Shown here one piece after another: positions 36,672 to 46,271 of a stretch of 61,556 bases of DNA. The notes beneath the pieces were generated by a model. It searched no databases and was not told the origin of the DNA. It worked only from the letters and a program-made list of their open reading frames with translations. Where the stretch lies: the IMG/VR virus record IMGVR_UViG_3300030012_003022, positions 1 to 61,556 of that record; one strand, written 5' to 3'. Source of the stretch: a virus (Duplodnaviria > Caudoviricetes). The position numbers and the translations under genes were made by a program. Each line of letters begins with the position of its first letter. Within the stretch, counting starts at the first letter, position 1.

Positions 36672-38192
36672 TTAGAAAAAAGTCCTATACTTTCCACTTC
36701 TTCTTGCATTCCCTCGATTTCTTGCGAATTTGTTGTTGCGATTTGTTGGTTTGCCCCAATTTGACATATTTACTGTCGAAGATGCTACGGGTAATGGACT
36801 GTTCTGTGCAGTCTTGTATTGGTCTATGGCGTGTGCAAGTGCCATTACGGTGTCATTGTGCTTACCTTTGTCCACTATTACGCCACTTTTCCAAGTATGC
36901 GATTCTAACTCTTGTAGTAGTATATTCATTAGTTTTCGGGTCTCATCGTTGCCGTATGGGATGATTATTTTGCCCTGCTCAAACCATGAACGGAGTCTTG
37001 TCAATAGACCCTGCTTAAGAGTTCTGTTTGAGACCTTTGACATATTGACATCTAAACTGATTCCCCTTTGATTTATGATTGCTCTATACAGATGTTGAAA
37101 ACCTGCACTCTCAAAAGCAAACTTAGGTCTCTCGTAAGCCTTGTCATACTCTTGTATTACATCAACCTGTTTATCGGGAGGGAAGTCGTTGCGCCTCCAT
37201 AAGTTTGCGATATGCACATTTCCGTCTTCATCCTTTCGCAAGACACACATAACAGAAAAATCTTGTCCGATACCATGTGAAGGGTCAAAGCCTATGACAT
37301 AGTCGCCATCGTATATCTTATGTGTCTGTAATGTGGAAGACATATCTAAGTTCTTACGAGTAATTATCTGTGGGAATACTGCCGAATCATCATCAACGAC
37401 TTTACATAGATACTCTTGAGCAAATGCTAAATCACCTATTGCTTCTTTTTGTTCAAGTAAAAAGTCAAGAGGTCTTTCGCTTTCCCATAGACAGATAGGT
37501 TTTATCTCTTCGGGATTAAGTCGCCACTCATCATAATTAATTATTGCACCTTTACGCCATGATTCCCAAGCATTATTATCTAACATCTCGGTATGATACA
37601 AGTCATTCATTGACATAGGAGTTCCTACACAGTAAATCGAAGTTCCGGGCGATAACATAGGAGTAAGTTTCTTTCTAAACCATTGTTGATACATCTCATA
37701 GGACATATCATTTTGGTCGTCAAGTATATCATCAAGTGCTATTGCTGCGGGGTGTTCACCACGAATACCCGAACCAACCGATGTTGCCTTAATCCATGAA
37801 CCATTTGTTAGACGAAGTTCAAATCTATTACCCTTTTTATCATCAATCAATCTGCTAAGTTCGGGATGCCTCTTCATGTCTTGTCGTATTTCATCAAGAC
37901 GATTCATAGCCAAATCTTTGTTAGCAGAAAAAAGCCATATTGTAAAGGGTTTATCTCGCCATCTTTCAAATATCAATTGATGTAGTATCTTCACACGAAG
38001 AGTAGTGGATTTACTATGGTCTCTTGGTGCAATAATACATACACGATGAACTTGTTTATCTTGTCTATCACCATAGAGATTTAGCCAATCACCTATATGG
38101 TCGCCCCATTTGTAGCCAAGCCACTCATAGAAGTGTCTAATATCATAACGACTTCTCTCCATGTGGAAAGCAGTCATAATTCTTTGCTTCAT
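36672..38192 (-). CDS. terL: Terminase large subunit
   Basis: APRDHSKST, IRGEH..IALDD, VGTP; nuclease motifs GFDP...D, FESAGFQ, HNDTVMALA. Confidence 0.93.
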   Translation of the reverse strand: MKQRIMTAFHMERSRYDIRHFYEWLGYKWGDHIGDWLNLYGDRQDKQVHRVCIIAPRDHSKSTTLRVKILHQLIFERWRDKPFTIWLFSANKDLAMNRLDEIRQDMKRHPELSRLIDDKKGNRFELRLTNGSWIKATSVGSGIRGEHPAAIALDDILDDQNDMSYEMYQQWFRKKLTPMLSPGTSIYCVGTPMSMNDLYHTEMLDNNAWESWRKGAIINYDEWRLNPEEIKPICLWESERPLDFLLEQKEAIGDLAFAQEYLCKVVDDDSAVFPQIITRKNLDMSSTLQTHKIYDGDYVIGFDPSHGIGQDFSVMCVLRKDEDGNVHIANLWRRNDFPPDKQVDVIQEYDKAYERPKFAFESAGFQHLYRAIINQRGISLDVNMSKVSNRTLKQGLLTRLRSWFEQGKIIIPYGNDETRKLMNILLQELESHTWKSGVIVDKGKHNDTVMALAHAIDQYKTAQNSPLPVASSTVNMSNWGKPTNRNNKFARNRGNARRSGKYRTFF

Positions 38193-38193
38193 T

Positions 38194-38400
38194 TTACTCC
38201 TCTTCCTTATTTATGAATAGGGGGATTCCACACCATTCTGCAAGGCAGCCACATAACTTTTCTATTTCTCTTCTACTTAGAGTAACACCCACAATAAATT
38301 CGTCTGTAAATAAATTTACTGCAACATAATTTTCTTCTATTTCTGTAAATCTAAGTTCTCTATCATTGGATGCCCAAATTTTCATCATACTCATCTCCAT
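38194..38400 (-). CDS. Hypothetical protein
   Basis: Coupled ORF. Confidence 0.55.
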   Translation of the reverse strand: MEMSMMKIWASNDRELRFTEIEENYVAVNLFTDEFIVGVTLSRREIEKLCGCLAEWCGIPLFINKEEE

Positions 38401-39598
38401 TTAATGCAGCGAGTGTCCTTAAACCATGTCGCAAATCTGTGAAAGCCTGTATTTCTTTTGTATGTGGATTTAATATTACCATAGGAGATGTAGGTCTCTC
38501 TCTTGAAAATCCGCACATCTCACTAAAAGAATCAACAATTTTATATGCGCCCGGTCTTACAGACCATCTTTCAATACCATGTTTAGTAAATGGGACTACG
38601 GAAGGAGTGTGGTGATGTCCTACTACTCCAATATCAAAGTCTGCTTCGCCATCATCCCACATTTTCTTAACAACACGGCTTGGGTCTAATTGACTGTTAC
38701 CTCTTCGCTTATGTCTTACAGAAATATGATATGGTATATCATTTACCCATACTCTAAGATTTAACTCATGAGCATGATACAAAATGCCTCTTTCTTCTGC
38801 AAGTCTCTTTAGAGGGTCATAATCTGTCATACTTGCAGTCCATAAGTCATGATTACCCGCAACAATAGCCATTAGACATTCGGGAGTCATGTCAATGTAA
38901 TGCTCACATAACTTCCATTGAACAGAAGGGGGAATTGGTGCTTTCATAGCAGGTTTTGGTTTATCTATTACAAAGTTATCAATATAGTCACCTGCATGTA
39001 TTACAAACACATTTTTGCTATTATTAATCATTTCAGTATCAAGTCTTAACTTTTCAAGGTCGCAGAAAGGATTACCTATGTGTTGGTCGCTTTGGAATGC
39101 AATACCTATGTATTTATCACTATCAATGTTTCTCATGTGTATGTCAGCCCATCGAGCATGCTCTACACCTTCTATTGCTTTTTTGCATACTTCTTCTATG
39201 TTAGCCCATAAGTCTTTACCACTTGATGATGCTTTCTTTAGAGACTCTACAACGAATTGTGGTTTATGACTTCTTGTGATTGCGCCTCTTTGTCTTTGTA
39301 GTCTTATCTTATGAGTCCAAGCATTTACGCTAATAGAAGGATTTTGTCTCCAAAGCCTTCTTGCTAACTCCGCATCTGTTCCATCCCACTCTTTAGGAAT
39401 CATATCATAGTAGTTGAATGTATCATAGTTAAACCATTCGGGATGCTGATTCTTTGTTCTAAATACAAATTGACACCAAGAGTTTATGCTAAAATCTGCA
39501 TCTGCTTTGTCATGTAGTAATTCTGCAAAATGCTTTACTACTCCTTGCCATTCACTAAGATTGTCTTTTACAAATTGAAGTCTGTCTGCGGTCTTCAT
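38363..39598 (-). CDS. Calcineurin-like metallophosphoesterase with N-terminal HTH-like repeats
   Basis: SDQHIG, GDYIDN, GNHD, H, GHHH; start placed at MKTADR, about 30 nt below TTTATA. Confidence 0.85.
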   Translation of the reverse strand: MKTADRLQFVKDNLSEWQGVVKHFAELLHDKADADFSINSWCQFVFRTKNQHPEWFNYDTFNYYDMIPKEWDGTDAELARRLWRQNPSISVNAWTHKIRLQRQRGAITRSHKPQFVVESLKKASSSGKDLWANIEEVCKKAIEGVEHARWADIHMRNIDSDKYIGIAFQSDQHIGNPFCDLEKLRLDTEMINNSKNVFVIHAGDYIDNFVIDKPKPAMKAPIPPSVQWKLCEHYIDMTPECLMAIVAGNHDLWTASMTDYDPLKRLAEERGILYHAHELNLRVWVNDIPYHISVRHKRRGNSQLDPSRVVKKMWDDGEADFDIGVVGHHHTPSVVPFTKHGIERWSVRPGAYKIVDSFSEMCGFSRERPTSPMVILNPHTKEIQAFTDLRHGLRTLAALNGDEYDENLGIQ

Positions 39599-39649
39599 GT
39601 TTATAGCACACACCATATACCATATAAATGTAATTATTTTGATGTTTCT

Positions 39650-39792
39650 GAAAGAATTAAGAAAAAAATAAACGATGCACCAAAAGCCTGTTTTGTTTAT
39701 TTTGTTTAATTTCTTAAGAGATGGTGTCAAAGATGCCAAACTATTGTATTATAATAATAAAAATATTAACTCTTAAGAAATAAAAAAGAATT
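39650..39792 (+). repeat. AT-rich element, inverted copy of 21414-21553; candidate origin in the divergent promoter region
   Basis: Block alignment with the other copy; inverted ATTTCTTAAGAG / CTCTTAAGAAAT boxes. Confidence 0.7.
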
Positions 39793-40043
39793 AGACCCAT
39801 TTGTTTTCAGTAGAGTGTTTATTTCTTTTTTTATTTTTTCTAAATCTCCGAAAAAATAAATATCCTACCATAAACCAAAAAGTGATTTCTAATATAGCAA
39901 GACAGATAATTACGGGTGCGCTCAAATCTAAAATCTCCATGTGGTGCATAAACAGTAATAATTATGAGTCATTAATATATGCTTGTGCTTGCAGACCTAA
40001 TACAACCATACATTTAAGAAAGAAAGACTTCCTAACACCCCAC

Positions 40044-41432
40044 ATGAGGATTCCATTTATAGGACAGTTAGGTGGAAAGTCTAAAAAGGAGGCATCCGAA
40101 ACTAAGCCTTTTAATTATTCTTATCCTGTCCAACACCGAAGCCCCTTTACACTTACTGCGGGCATGAAAGATATTGTTGAAGAAACAAATAAATTAAGAG
40201 ACAACACTAACTTTGATAATGATTTTGAGTTATTTGATGAGATGCTAAAACTTGACCCCGAACTCAACGGGGCAGTCCGAGCAGTTAGCCTAACGGCTAA
40301 CAATTATAAGATTGATTACAGGGCAGCAAAGAATAGCAGAATACGAGAGGCAATACGAATACTCACAGAAGAGACTCTTGATTTTGATGATTTCTTAATT
40401 AATGCCATGAGAAACTTGATGGTCTATGGAAATGATGTAAATAAATATGTAGGAACATCAAGAAGAGGTATCACAGACCTACAAAGCCTACCTGTGAGAC
40501 AGATATTCATAATGGACTCAAGAGGAAACAACGAGACTGCTGATGAAGACAACCCAATCATTGTAGCAGAAAGATACATCTTGCGTAAAGGAGAACAGAC
40601 CGAGCAAGAGTTTCCTGTAAAAGAAATACTACACATAAAGACTGACTATCGTAGTAATTGGTTTGAAGACTCCGATGGAAAAATGACATACGGTATATGG
40701 GGTGCATCTCGTTTTACTTCTCTAAAACAGGCTATACGAGCAAAGTATAACAGTATGAACAATCGTATTTCACTTGAGGATGCTATGACAAAACAATTCA
40801 TTACTATTGACAAATCAGCAATAGACCACATACAAGACCCAAATGAGCAACAAGAGAGACTATCATTCATTATGAATCAAGTTGTAGATACTCTTGAGTC
40901 TCTAAGAGGAGACCAAACACCAATATTCCCCGACTATGTAAATATACGACACATAGACCAAAGAACTGCTATACCCGACACAACTTCATTCCTTGATAAT
41001 GTCAATGCAGACATAGCGGCAGTCCTTCAAGTCCCAAGAGTTGCGGCAGGTCAAGAGCGAGGCTCAACCTTTGCTGCAACATATACTGCAAGCACTTGGT
41101 CTTCACAGGCTATACGAAGAATGCAAAACATTCTAAATCAAGCAGTAAAGAAGGTATTCTCAAAACATCTTGAACTTCTAAGAATATCACATGAAATGAA
41201 GGACTTACCAAAGTTAGTCTTTGAGCCTATTGATGAAGAAACAAGGCTAAACAAAATGCAAAGGGCAAATATTGGTTATACAAATGGCATACTGACCCTC
41301 AATCAAGCACTTGAAATATTAGGTCTTCCCGAAGAAGAAGGTGGAGACACAAGAAAGCAAGGCGGTAGAGCAAATACAGGTGAACTTCCAAGAGAGAACT
41401 CACAAGATGGGGCGAGTGATTTAAATGACTGA
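40044..41432 (+). CDS. Portal protein
   Basis: First structural gene; size fits; NLMVYGN, F...EILHIK, IAAVLQVP, GILTLNQALEILGLP; TTTAAG about 30 nt upstream of the ATG. Confidence 0.85.
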   Translation: MRIPFIGQLGGKSKKEASETKPFNYSYPVQHRSPFTLTAGMKDIVEETNKLRDNTNFDNDFELFDEMLKLDPELNGAVRAVSLTANNYKIDYRAAKNSRIREAIRILTEETLDFDDFLINAMRNLMVYGNDVNKYVGTSRRGITDLQSLPVRQIFIMDSRGNNETADEDNPIIVAERYILRKGEQTEQEFPVKEILHIKTDYRSNWFEDSDGKMTYGIWGASRFTSLKQAIRAKYNSMNNRISLEDAMTKQFITIDKSAIDHIQDPNEQQERLSFIMNQVVDTLESLRGDQTPIFPDYVNIRHIDQRTAIPDTTSFLDNVNADIAAVLQVPRVAAGQERGSTFAATYTASTWSSQAIRRMQNILNQAVKKVFSKHLELLRISHEMKDLPKLVFEPIDEETRLNKMQRANIGYTNGILTLNQALEILGLPEEEGGDTRKQGGRANTGELPRENSQDGASDLND

Positions 41433-41673
41433 TGATGCGGTGCAGAACCATAGACTTGATACAATAGAGCGCAGACTTGATAAGCATGATGAAATGTTAG
41501 CAAGTCTTGTAGAATCGCAAGTTAGAACCGATGAACAGTTTAGTGCTTTAGCGGAAACTCAAAAAGGCACTCAAGATATGATTAGCGACATAGGGAAATC
41601 TATCGTTAAGTGGTTGATGGGTGTAGGTTCAGTAATAATTACGGCAGTTCTTGGCGGGCAGGTGATGATGTGA
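41425..41673 (+). CDS. Coiled-coil plus C-terminal TM protein (holin/XhlA-like)
   Basis: Heptads followed by a hydrophobic helix. Confidence 0.5.
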   Translation: MTDDAVQNHRLDTIERRLDKHDEMLASLVESQVRTDEQFSALAETQKGTQDMISDIGKSIVKWLMGVGSVIITAVLGGQVMM

Positions 41674-42101
41674 AGACAAAAAAGATTAGTTTTAATGACA
41701 GAATGGTTAAGAGAACAGTTATACCTGCAATATATCTTTGGCTTCTCTCATGTGGCGCAGTAGTAGGTATGGGTATTCTTCATCCCGATGTAGTTCTTGC
41801 TAACTTAGATGGCTTCATAGCACTTATCGCTATTATTGGAGGAACTGCTGCCCCTGCTTTAAGCACAGTTCTTCGTATGTGGGAATCGGAACAACAACAA
41901 GAAGTTGATAATATTCCTACTGAATTAGAACATGAAAGAGAACTTAAGAGTGCTATGGATGAACATAACATACAATTACAAAAAGTTGCTCAAGCACACA
42001 TGAATGAAATGAAAACTTCTGCTCAAAAGCATGCTCAAGAGATTGAGAAGATTAAACTTGATATGACTACCGAACTAAAGCCCATTGTTAAGAGGAAGTG
42101 A
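41670..42101 (+). CDS. Two-TM membrane protein with a coiled-coil tail (possible holin)
   Basis: Two hydrophobic segments; GTGA coupling. Confidence 0.5.
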   Translation: MKTKKISFNDRMVKRTVIPAIYLWLLSCGAVVGMGILHPDVVLANLDGFIALIAIIGGTAAPALSTVLRMWESEQQQEVDNIPTELEHERELKSAMDEHNIQLQKVAQAHMNEMKTSAQKHAQEIEKIKLDMTTELKPIVKRK

Positions 42102-42106
42102 TTATT

Positions 42107-44668
42107 ATGCCTACACCTAACAAAGGGGAGTCAAAAGATGATTTTATGAGTCGCTGCATGGGCGACGATAAAATGAATGATGAGTTCGGTAATCCACGAC
42201 AAAGAGCCGCAGTATGTAATTCATACTATGAAAAAAAAGACGCAAAGGCTAAGATGGAAGATTATCTATTCCGAACTCCCGAAGGCGCACGAAAGAAATC
42301 GCAACAAATAGGATTTGACGGAGAGATACATGAGTCCACATTAGCAGATGGAACTAAACTATATTCACCTGCAAAGACTGAAAAGGAGTTCATTGAATGG
42401 TATCGCAAGAATGACCCCGATGCAGAACAGGAGTTAAGTGCTTTACAATACGGAAGACCCGGAAAAAATGACCCTCGTAAGACTCCTGCTAAACCAAGCG
42501 AGCGTCGTAAAGGCTCAAAGAAAAATAAACCGGGTTCTGCTAAGAAACCTAATAAGTCAATCAGCATGAGCAAAGAGACAGAAAACAGGCTCAAGTCCAT
42601 GATGAGGGAACATAATGCAAAAGTCGCAAAGAAAGGAAAGGGTAGTAAAGCATCATTGGGTAGGCTCAAGTCTGTGTTTAGGCGTGGTGCTGGTGCTTTT
42701 AGTAGGTCTCACGCACCTAATATGTCAAGAACAGGTTGGGGTATCGCAAGAGTCAAAGCCTTCCTTTATCTTTTGCGAAACGGAAGACCAAGCAACCCAA
42801 ACTACAAGCAAGACAATGACCTATTGCCTAAGTCTCACCCAAGAGCCGCAAGTGAAGGAGAAGATTACGAAGATTGGGATAATGAGGTCTTTGAAGGCGC
42901 AGAATACAAAGGTCGTAAAGTAAAACTCAATAAACCATTTAGAACTCCCAAAGAAAAGAAGAAGTTTGCAGTCTATGTGCAAAATGCAAACGGCAAGGTA
43001 ATCATCGTGCGTTTTGGCGACCCTAATATGGAAATCAAGAGAGACGACCCACAAAGGAGAAAGAACTTCCGTAGCAGACACAATTGCGATACTGCTAAAG
43101 ATAAGACTACTCCCCGATATTGGTCTTGTAAGATGTGGGAGAGAGGTAAATCTGTCACAGATTATACGAGTAGCGAGTTTAATAAGACAGACGACTCTTT
43201 AGAGACAGTCATGGGCGGTTGTGGTTGTGGTTGTAGCGGTGATTCCGTTGAAGCCAAGATGATTAGAAAAGATGTATTCGATAATCCGGCAGAAGCCATG
43301 AGTAGGGCTAAACAAATGGGATGCGACGAAATTCATTCACATGAAGAAGATGGTAAAACAGTCTTTATGCCATGCAAAACTCACAATGAATATATGCAGA
43401 AGAATGAAGGAAAAGATATTCCTAAGAAAGAACAAGAAGTCGAAGGTTACGGTGGCGGGGGTGGAGGTTATTCATACTCCAAACCAAAAGTCAAGAAAGA
43501 CGGTTGCCGTGAAGGATATGAAAAGAGAGGCGGAGAATGTGTCAAGATGGCATGGACTCTTGACTTAGATATATCAGTTGATGAAGCAATCATTGAAGCC
43601 TCAACGGGTAAAGAAGTCATTAGAATTAGTGGTGTTGCTTTCCATCAAGGGGTCAATAAGAACGGTTGGGAAATCACAAGAGCAGGTGCTAATGTAGCAG
43701 TCCCACAGATGATAGGCGCAGACCTAACACTAAATCATCCTCCTTCCGAAAATGGCAGATTCCGTAGAAACATGGATGGAGGAGTCAATGATGCCGTAGT
43801 AGGTATTGTAACAGAAGCACAGACAATTGACAAGACAGGCGGAGAATGGGAAGTTCGTTTCAAAGCAGATGTGTATAGAAGTGAATTGTTTGAAAGTCTT
43901 GAATCCGGATTGTGGCTAAGAAAAGGCTACGGTGTATCAATAGGCGGAACAGGTATTCCTGATGAAATGATTGAGGCAGAAGATGGAAAGACTATAATGG
44001 TATTTGAAAGTGAATTTGAGTTTGACCATCTTGCTATTGTTCACAAACCTGCTTATGCGGGCGCAACAATTGATAGCGTAAAAAGAGTAAAATTGGCTGA
44101 ATCTTCCGAAGTCTTTAATAGTGATACCCATAATGGCTTAAATCAACAAAAGGTGAATATAATGACCGAAGAAGAAATTATTGAAGTCGAAGCATCCGAA
44201 GAGGTTGTTGAGACTCCTGTTGTGGAAGAACCTAATCATTCCGCAGAACTTGAAGCATTAAAGGCTTCCCTTGCAGAAAAGGAAGCAGAACTAAACGCAA
44301 TTAAAGCAGCAGAAGAAGCCAAAGCAGAAGAGGCTCGTCTTGCTCTCGTTGAGAAAGCAACCGAACTTGGTATTGCTGGTGTAACTGATTTGCCTTCCGA
44401 GACAATCCAATCCATTATTGCTTCCTTTGAAGCAAAGATTAAAACCGAAGAGGTTGTTGAAATGAAACCTGTTGAAGCAAGCGAAGCCTCTCCGATAGAG
44501 AGCAAGCCTTCTTCAACAAATGTAGTCTCCAATTGGTTGAACCAAAGAAGACTAAACACTCCCGAAGAAATATACGAAAAGGCATGGAATGTATGGGCTA
44601 AGTCGTGGAATCAATTTGAATCCACTCACAAAGCACCACTATATGCTGAAATAAAGGAGAAAATTTAA
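42107..44668 (+). CDS. Multidomain prohead protease/scaffold protein
   Basis: Located between the portal and capsid genes; LTLNHP...GVSIG...HLAIVHKPAY protease pattern; acidic coiled-coil C-terminus. Confidence 0.75.
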   Translation: MPTPNKGESKDDFMSRCMGDDKMNDEFGNPRQRAAVCNSYYEKKDAKAKMEDYLFRTPEGARKKSQQIGFDGEIHESTLADGTKLYSPAKTEKEFIEWYRKNDPDAEQELSALQYGRPGKNDPRKTPAKPSERRKGSKKNKPGSAKKPNKSISMSKETENRLKSMMREHNAKVAKKGKGSKASLGRLKSVFRRGAGAFSRSHAPNMSRTGWGIARVKAFLYLLRNGRPSNPNYKQDNDLLPKSHPRAASEGEDYEDWDNEVFEGAEYKGRKVKLNKPFRTPKEKKKFAVYVQNANGKVIIVRFGDPNMEIKRDDPQRRKNFRSRHNCDTAKDKTTPRYWSCKMWERGKSVTDYTSSEFNKTDDSLETVMGGCGCGCSGDSVEAKMIRKDVFDNPAEAMSRAKQMGCDEIHSHEEDGKTVFMPCKTHNEYMQKNEGKDIPKKEQEVEGYGGGGGGYSYSKPKVKKDGCREGYEKRGGECVKMAWTLDLDISVDEAIIEASTGKEVIRISGVAFHQGVNKNGWEITRAGANVAVPQMIGADLTLNHPPSENGRFRRNMDGGVNDAVVGIVTEAQTIDKTGGEWEVRFKADVYRSELFESLESGLWLRKGYGVSIGGTGIPDEMIEAEDGKTIMVFESEFEFDHLAIVHKPAYAGATIDSVKRVKLAESSEVFNSDTHNGLNQQKVNIMTEEEIIEVEASEEVVETPVVEEPNHSAELEALKASLAEKEAELNAIKAAEEAKAEEARLALVEKATELGIAGVTDLPSETIQSIIASFEAKIKTEEVVEMKPVEASEASPIESKPSSTNVVSNWLNQRRLNTPEEIYEKAWNVWAKSWNQFESTHKAPLYAEIKEKI

Positions 44669-44679
44669 GGTGATTAAAA

Positions 44680-45105
44680 ATGGTAGTATTAAATAACCCA
44701 AGAACAGGAACAATAAAAACAGTAGCAACACAAGCACTTGTTAAAGGAACACAAGCAGGTCTATGCTTGCACATGGATGGAACAACATTTGAAGTCTGCG
44801 CTCAATCCGATGTAGTAATTGGTGTAACCGCAGATGAGCAAGAGAGAGACTCCGATGGATATGTATTAGCAGGTGCAAGCATCAGTTATTACACATTGGG
44901 CGGAGTTTTAATGCTTGCTTCAAAGGCCGGACAATCTTACGCAGTTGGCGGCTTTGTTTATGCTGACGACGATGGTTTTGTTGCAGCAGCACAAGCAGGT
45001 TCTTCCAAGAAAGTCGGAATCTATGTAGGCGCAAGCGCAGTTACTACGGGTAGCAGCGCAGGAGATTTGATAGCAGTTGATACCTCATTTGCGGAGAAGG
45101 TTTGA
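44680..45105 (+). CDS. Head decoration/cement protein
   Basis: Small beta-rich A/G/V protein immediately before the MCP gene. Confidence 0.6.
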   Translation: MVVLNNPRTGTIKTVATQALVKGTQAGLCLHMDGTTFEVCAQSDVVIGVTADEQERDSDGYVLAGASISYYTLGGVLMLASKAGQSYAVGGFVYADDDGFVAAAQAGSSKKVGIYVGASAVTTGSSAGDLIAVDTSFAEKV

Positions 45106-45134
45106 GGTCAATAAAATATAGGAGATGATGAAAA

Positions 45135-46043
45135 ATGAATAACAGTTTGGAACAAATACTAACAGTAGAAGCAGCAACAGGACAATTCGGACAAGCCGAT
45201 GCAGTCCTTGAACAAACCCTAAGAGACTTTATCCAATTACAGTCCACTACTATCGCAGTAGGAACTCAATTGGTTGGTGTCCGAAAAGTAGGTTGGTTAG
45301 AATACACATTCTACACAGGCGCAGAAGGAACATTTACTTATCCTCTTGCTGACAATGCAGTAACCGACCCAACAAAAGTTGGCACAAAGAACTATTCAGT
45401 CCACTTGAAGAAAGGACAAGGCCGATGTATCTTCCTTGACTCCACTCTACTTCGTGGTGAATCCTTTGAGAACATGGACAGGCAACAATTGGCTATCGTT
45501 AGAAACATGGCTGATGTAATTGACGACCTAATTCTTGAGACTCTTATTGATGGTGCAAACCAAACAGTAACAGTTGCAGGTGGTAAAGAGTGGGATACTG
45601 CTTCCGCAGATGCAGAAGCAAACATTCTAAGTGCTATGGACTTAATCTTTGAGAATGGCCGTGTTTCCGGTAATGAGCCTCTTGCTCTTGTAGTTCCTGC
45701 AAAGCACAGAAATGTTCTATTGCAGACCACTCTATACGGAAATGTTGTCGAATCTTTGGGAGACCACCTAAAGAGAATGGCTAACATCACTATCTACTAC
45801 ACACGAAACTCTCGTCTTGCCGACCTTGCACTTCTATTAGTTCCGGGTTCGGAGACTGCCGAGTTCTTCCAATACAACGGTGACGGATTTAGAGAAACTG
45901 AATTGACTCGTATTCCGGGCGTTGGTTTCGATTGGATGCTAACAGGCTACATGGGTTGTGTTGTTCACGAAATGCAAGATTCTGCAACCGCAGGAAGTGG
46001 CAAGAACGACAGAATTTGTAAGATTTCTAACATTACCGCTTGA
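45135..46043 (+). CDS. Major capsid protein (HK97 fold)
   Basis: Position, size, and the MADVIDDLIL..L spine-helix-like segment. Confidence 0.75.
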   Translation: MNNSLEQILTVEAATGQFGQADAVLEQTLRDFIQLQSTTIAVGTQLVGVRKVGWLEYTFYTGAEGTFTYPLADNAVTDPTKVGTKNYSVHLKKGQGRCIFLDSTLLRGESFENMDRQQLAIVRNMADVIDDLILETLIDGANQTVTVAGGKEWDTASADAEANILSAMDLIFENGRVSGNEPLALVVPAKHRNVLLQTTLYGNVVESLGDHLKRMANITIYYTRNSRLADLALLLVPGSETAEFFQYNGDGFRETELTRIPGVGFDWMLTGYMGCVVHEMQDSATAGSGKNDRICKISNITA

Positions 46044-46061
46044 GGTTAGGCGGTGATTTAG

Positions 46062-46271
46062 TTGTCTAAGCAGTTCATAGAGTATGCAGAATCCAAAGGC
46101 GGTAAAGCCTTAAGTGACGCACAGAAAGAACTTGTGTCAAAAGAGACAAGTTATGCAGGTGTTAGGGCTTTGCTTGCGGAGTTCAAAAAGACTAAGGCTT
46201 CTTCTCCTAAGAAAAAGAGCGACAAGCCTATTACAAAAGTAATTGACGAGGTCGTTTCAAATGAAGAGTAA
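46062..46271 (+). CDS. Hypothetical basic protein
   Basis: TTG start after GGTGA. Confidence 0.55.
   Translation: MSKQFIEYAESKGGKALSDAQKELVSKETSYAGVRALLAEFKKTKASSPKKKSDKPITKVIDEVVSNEE

Noticed and set aside
32650-36680. CRISPR or mini-array interpretation of the repeats
   Set aside because: There is no constant direct repeat with regular unique spacers. The Cas4-like gene is a solo nuclease in the replication module.
6323-38400. Many proteins ending in EE/EEE or xW[IA]
   Set aside because: Mostly explained by the next gene's GAGGAG/GAAGAG SD and overlapping ATG (translational coupling).
39599-40043. N-terminal extensions of the 458-aa and 543-aa ORFs
   Set aside because: They are read-through of AT-rich intergenic DNA. 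ATGs with TATA boxes about 30 nt upstream lie at 39598 and 40044.
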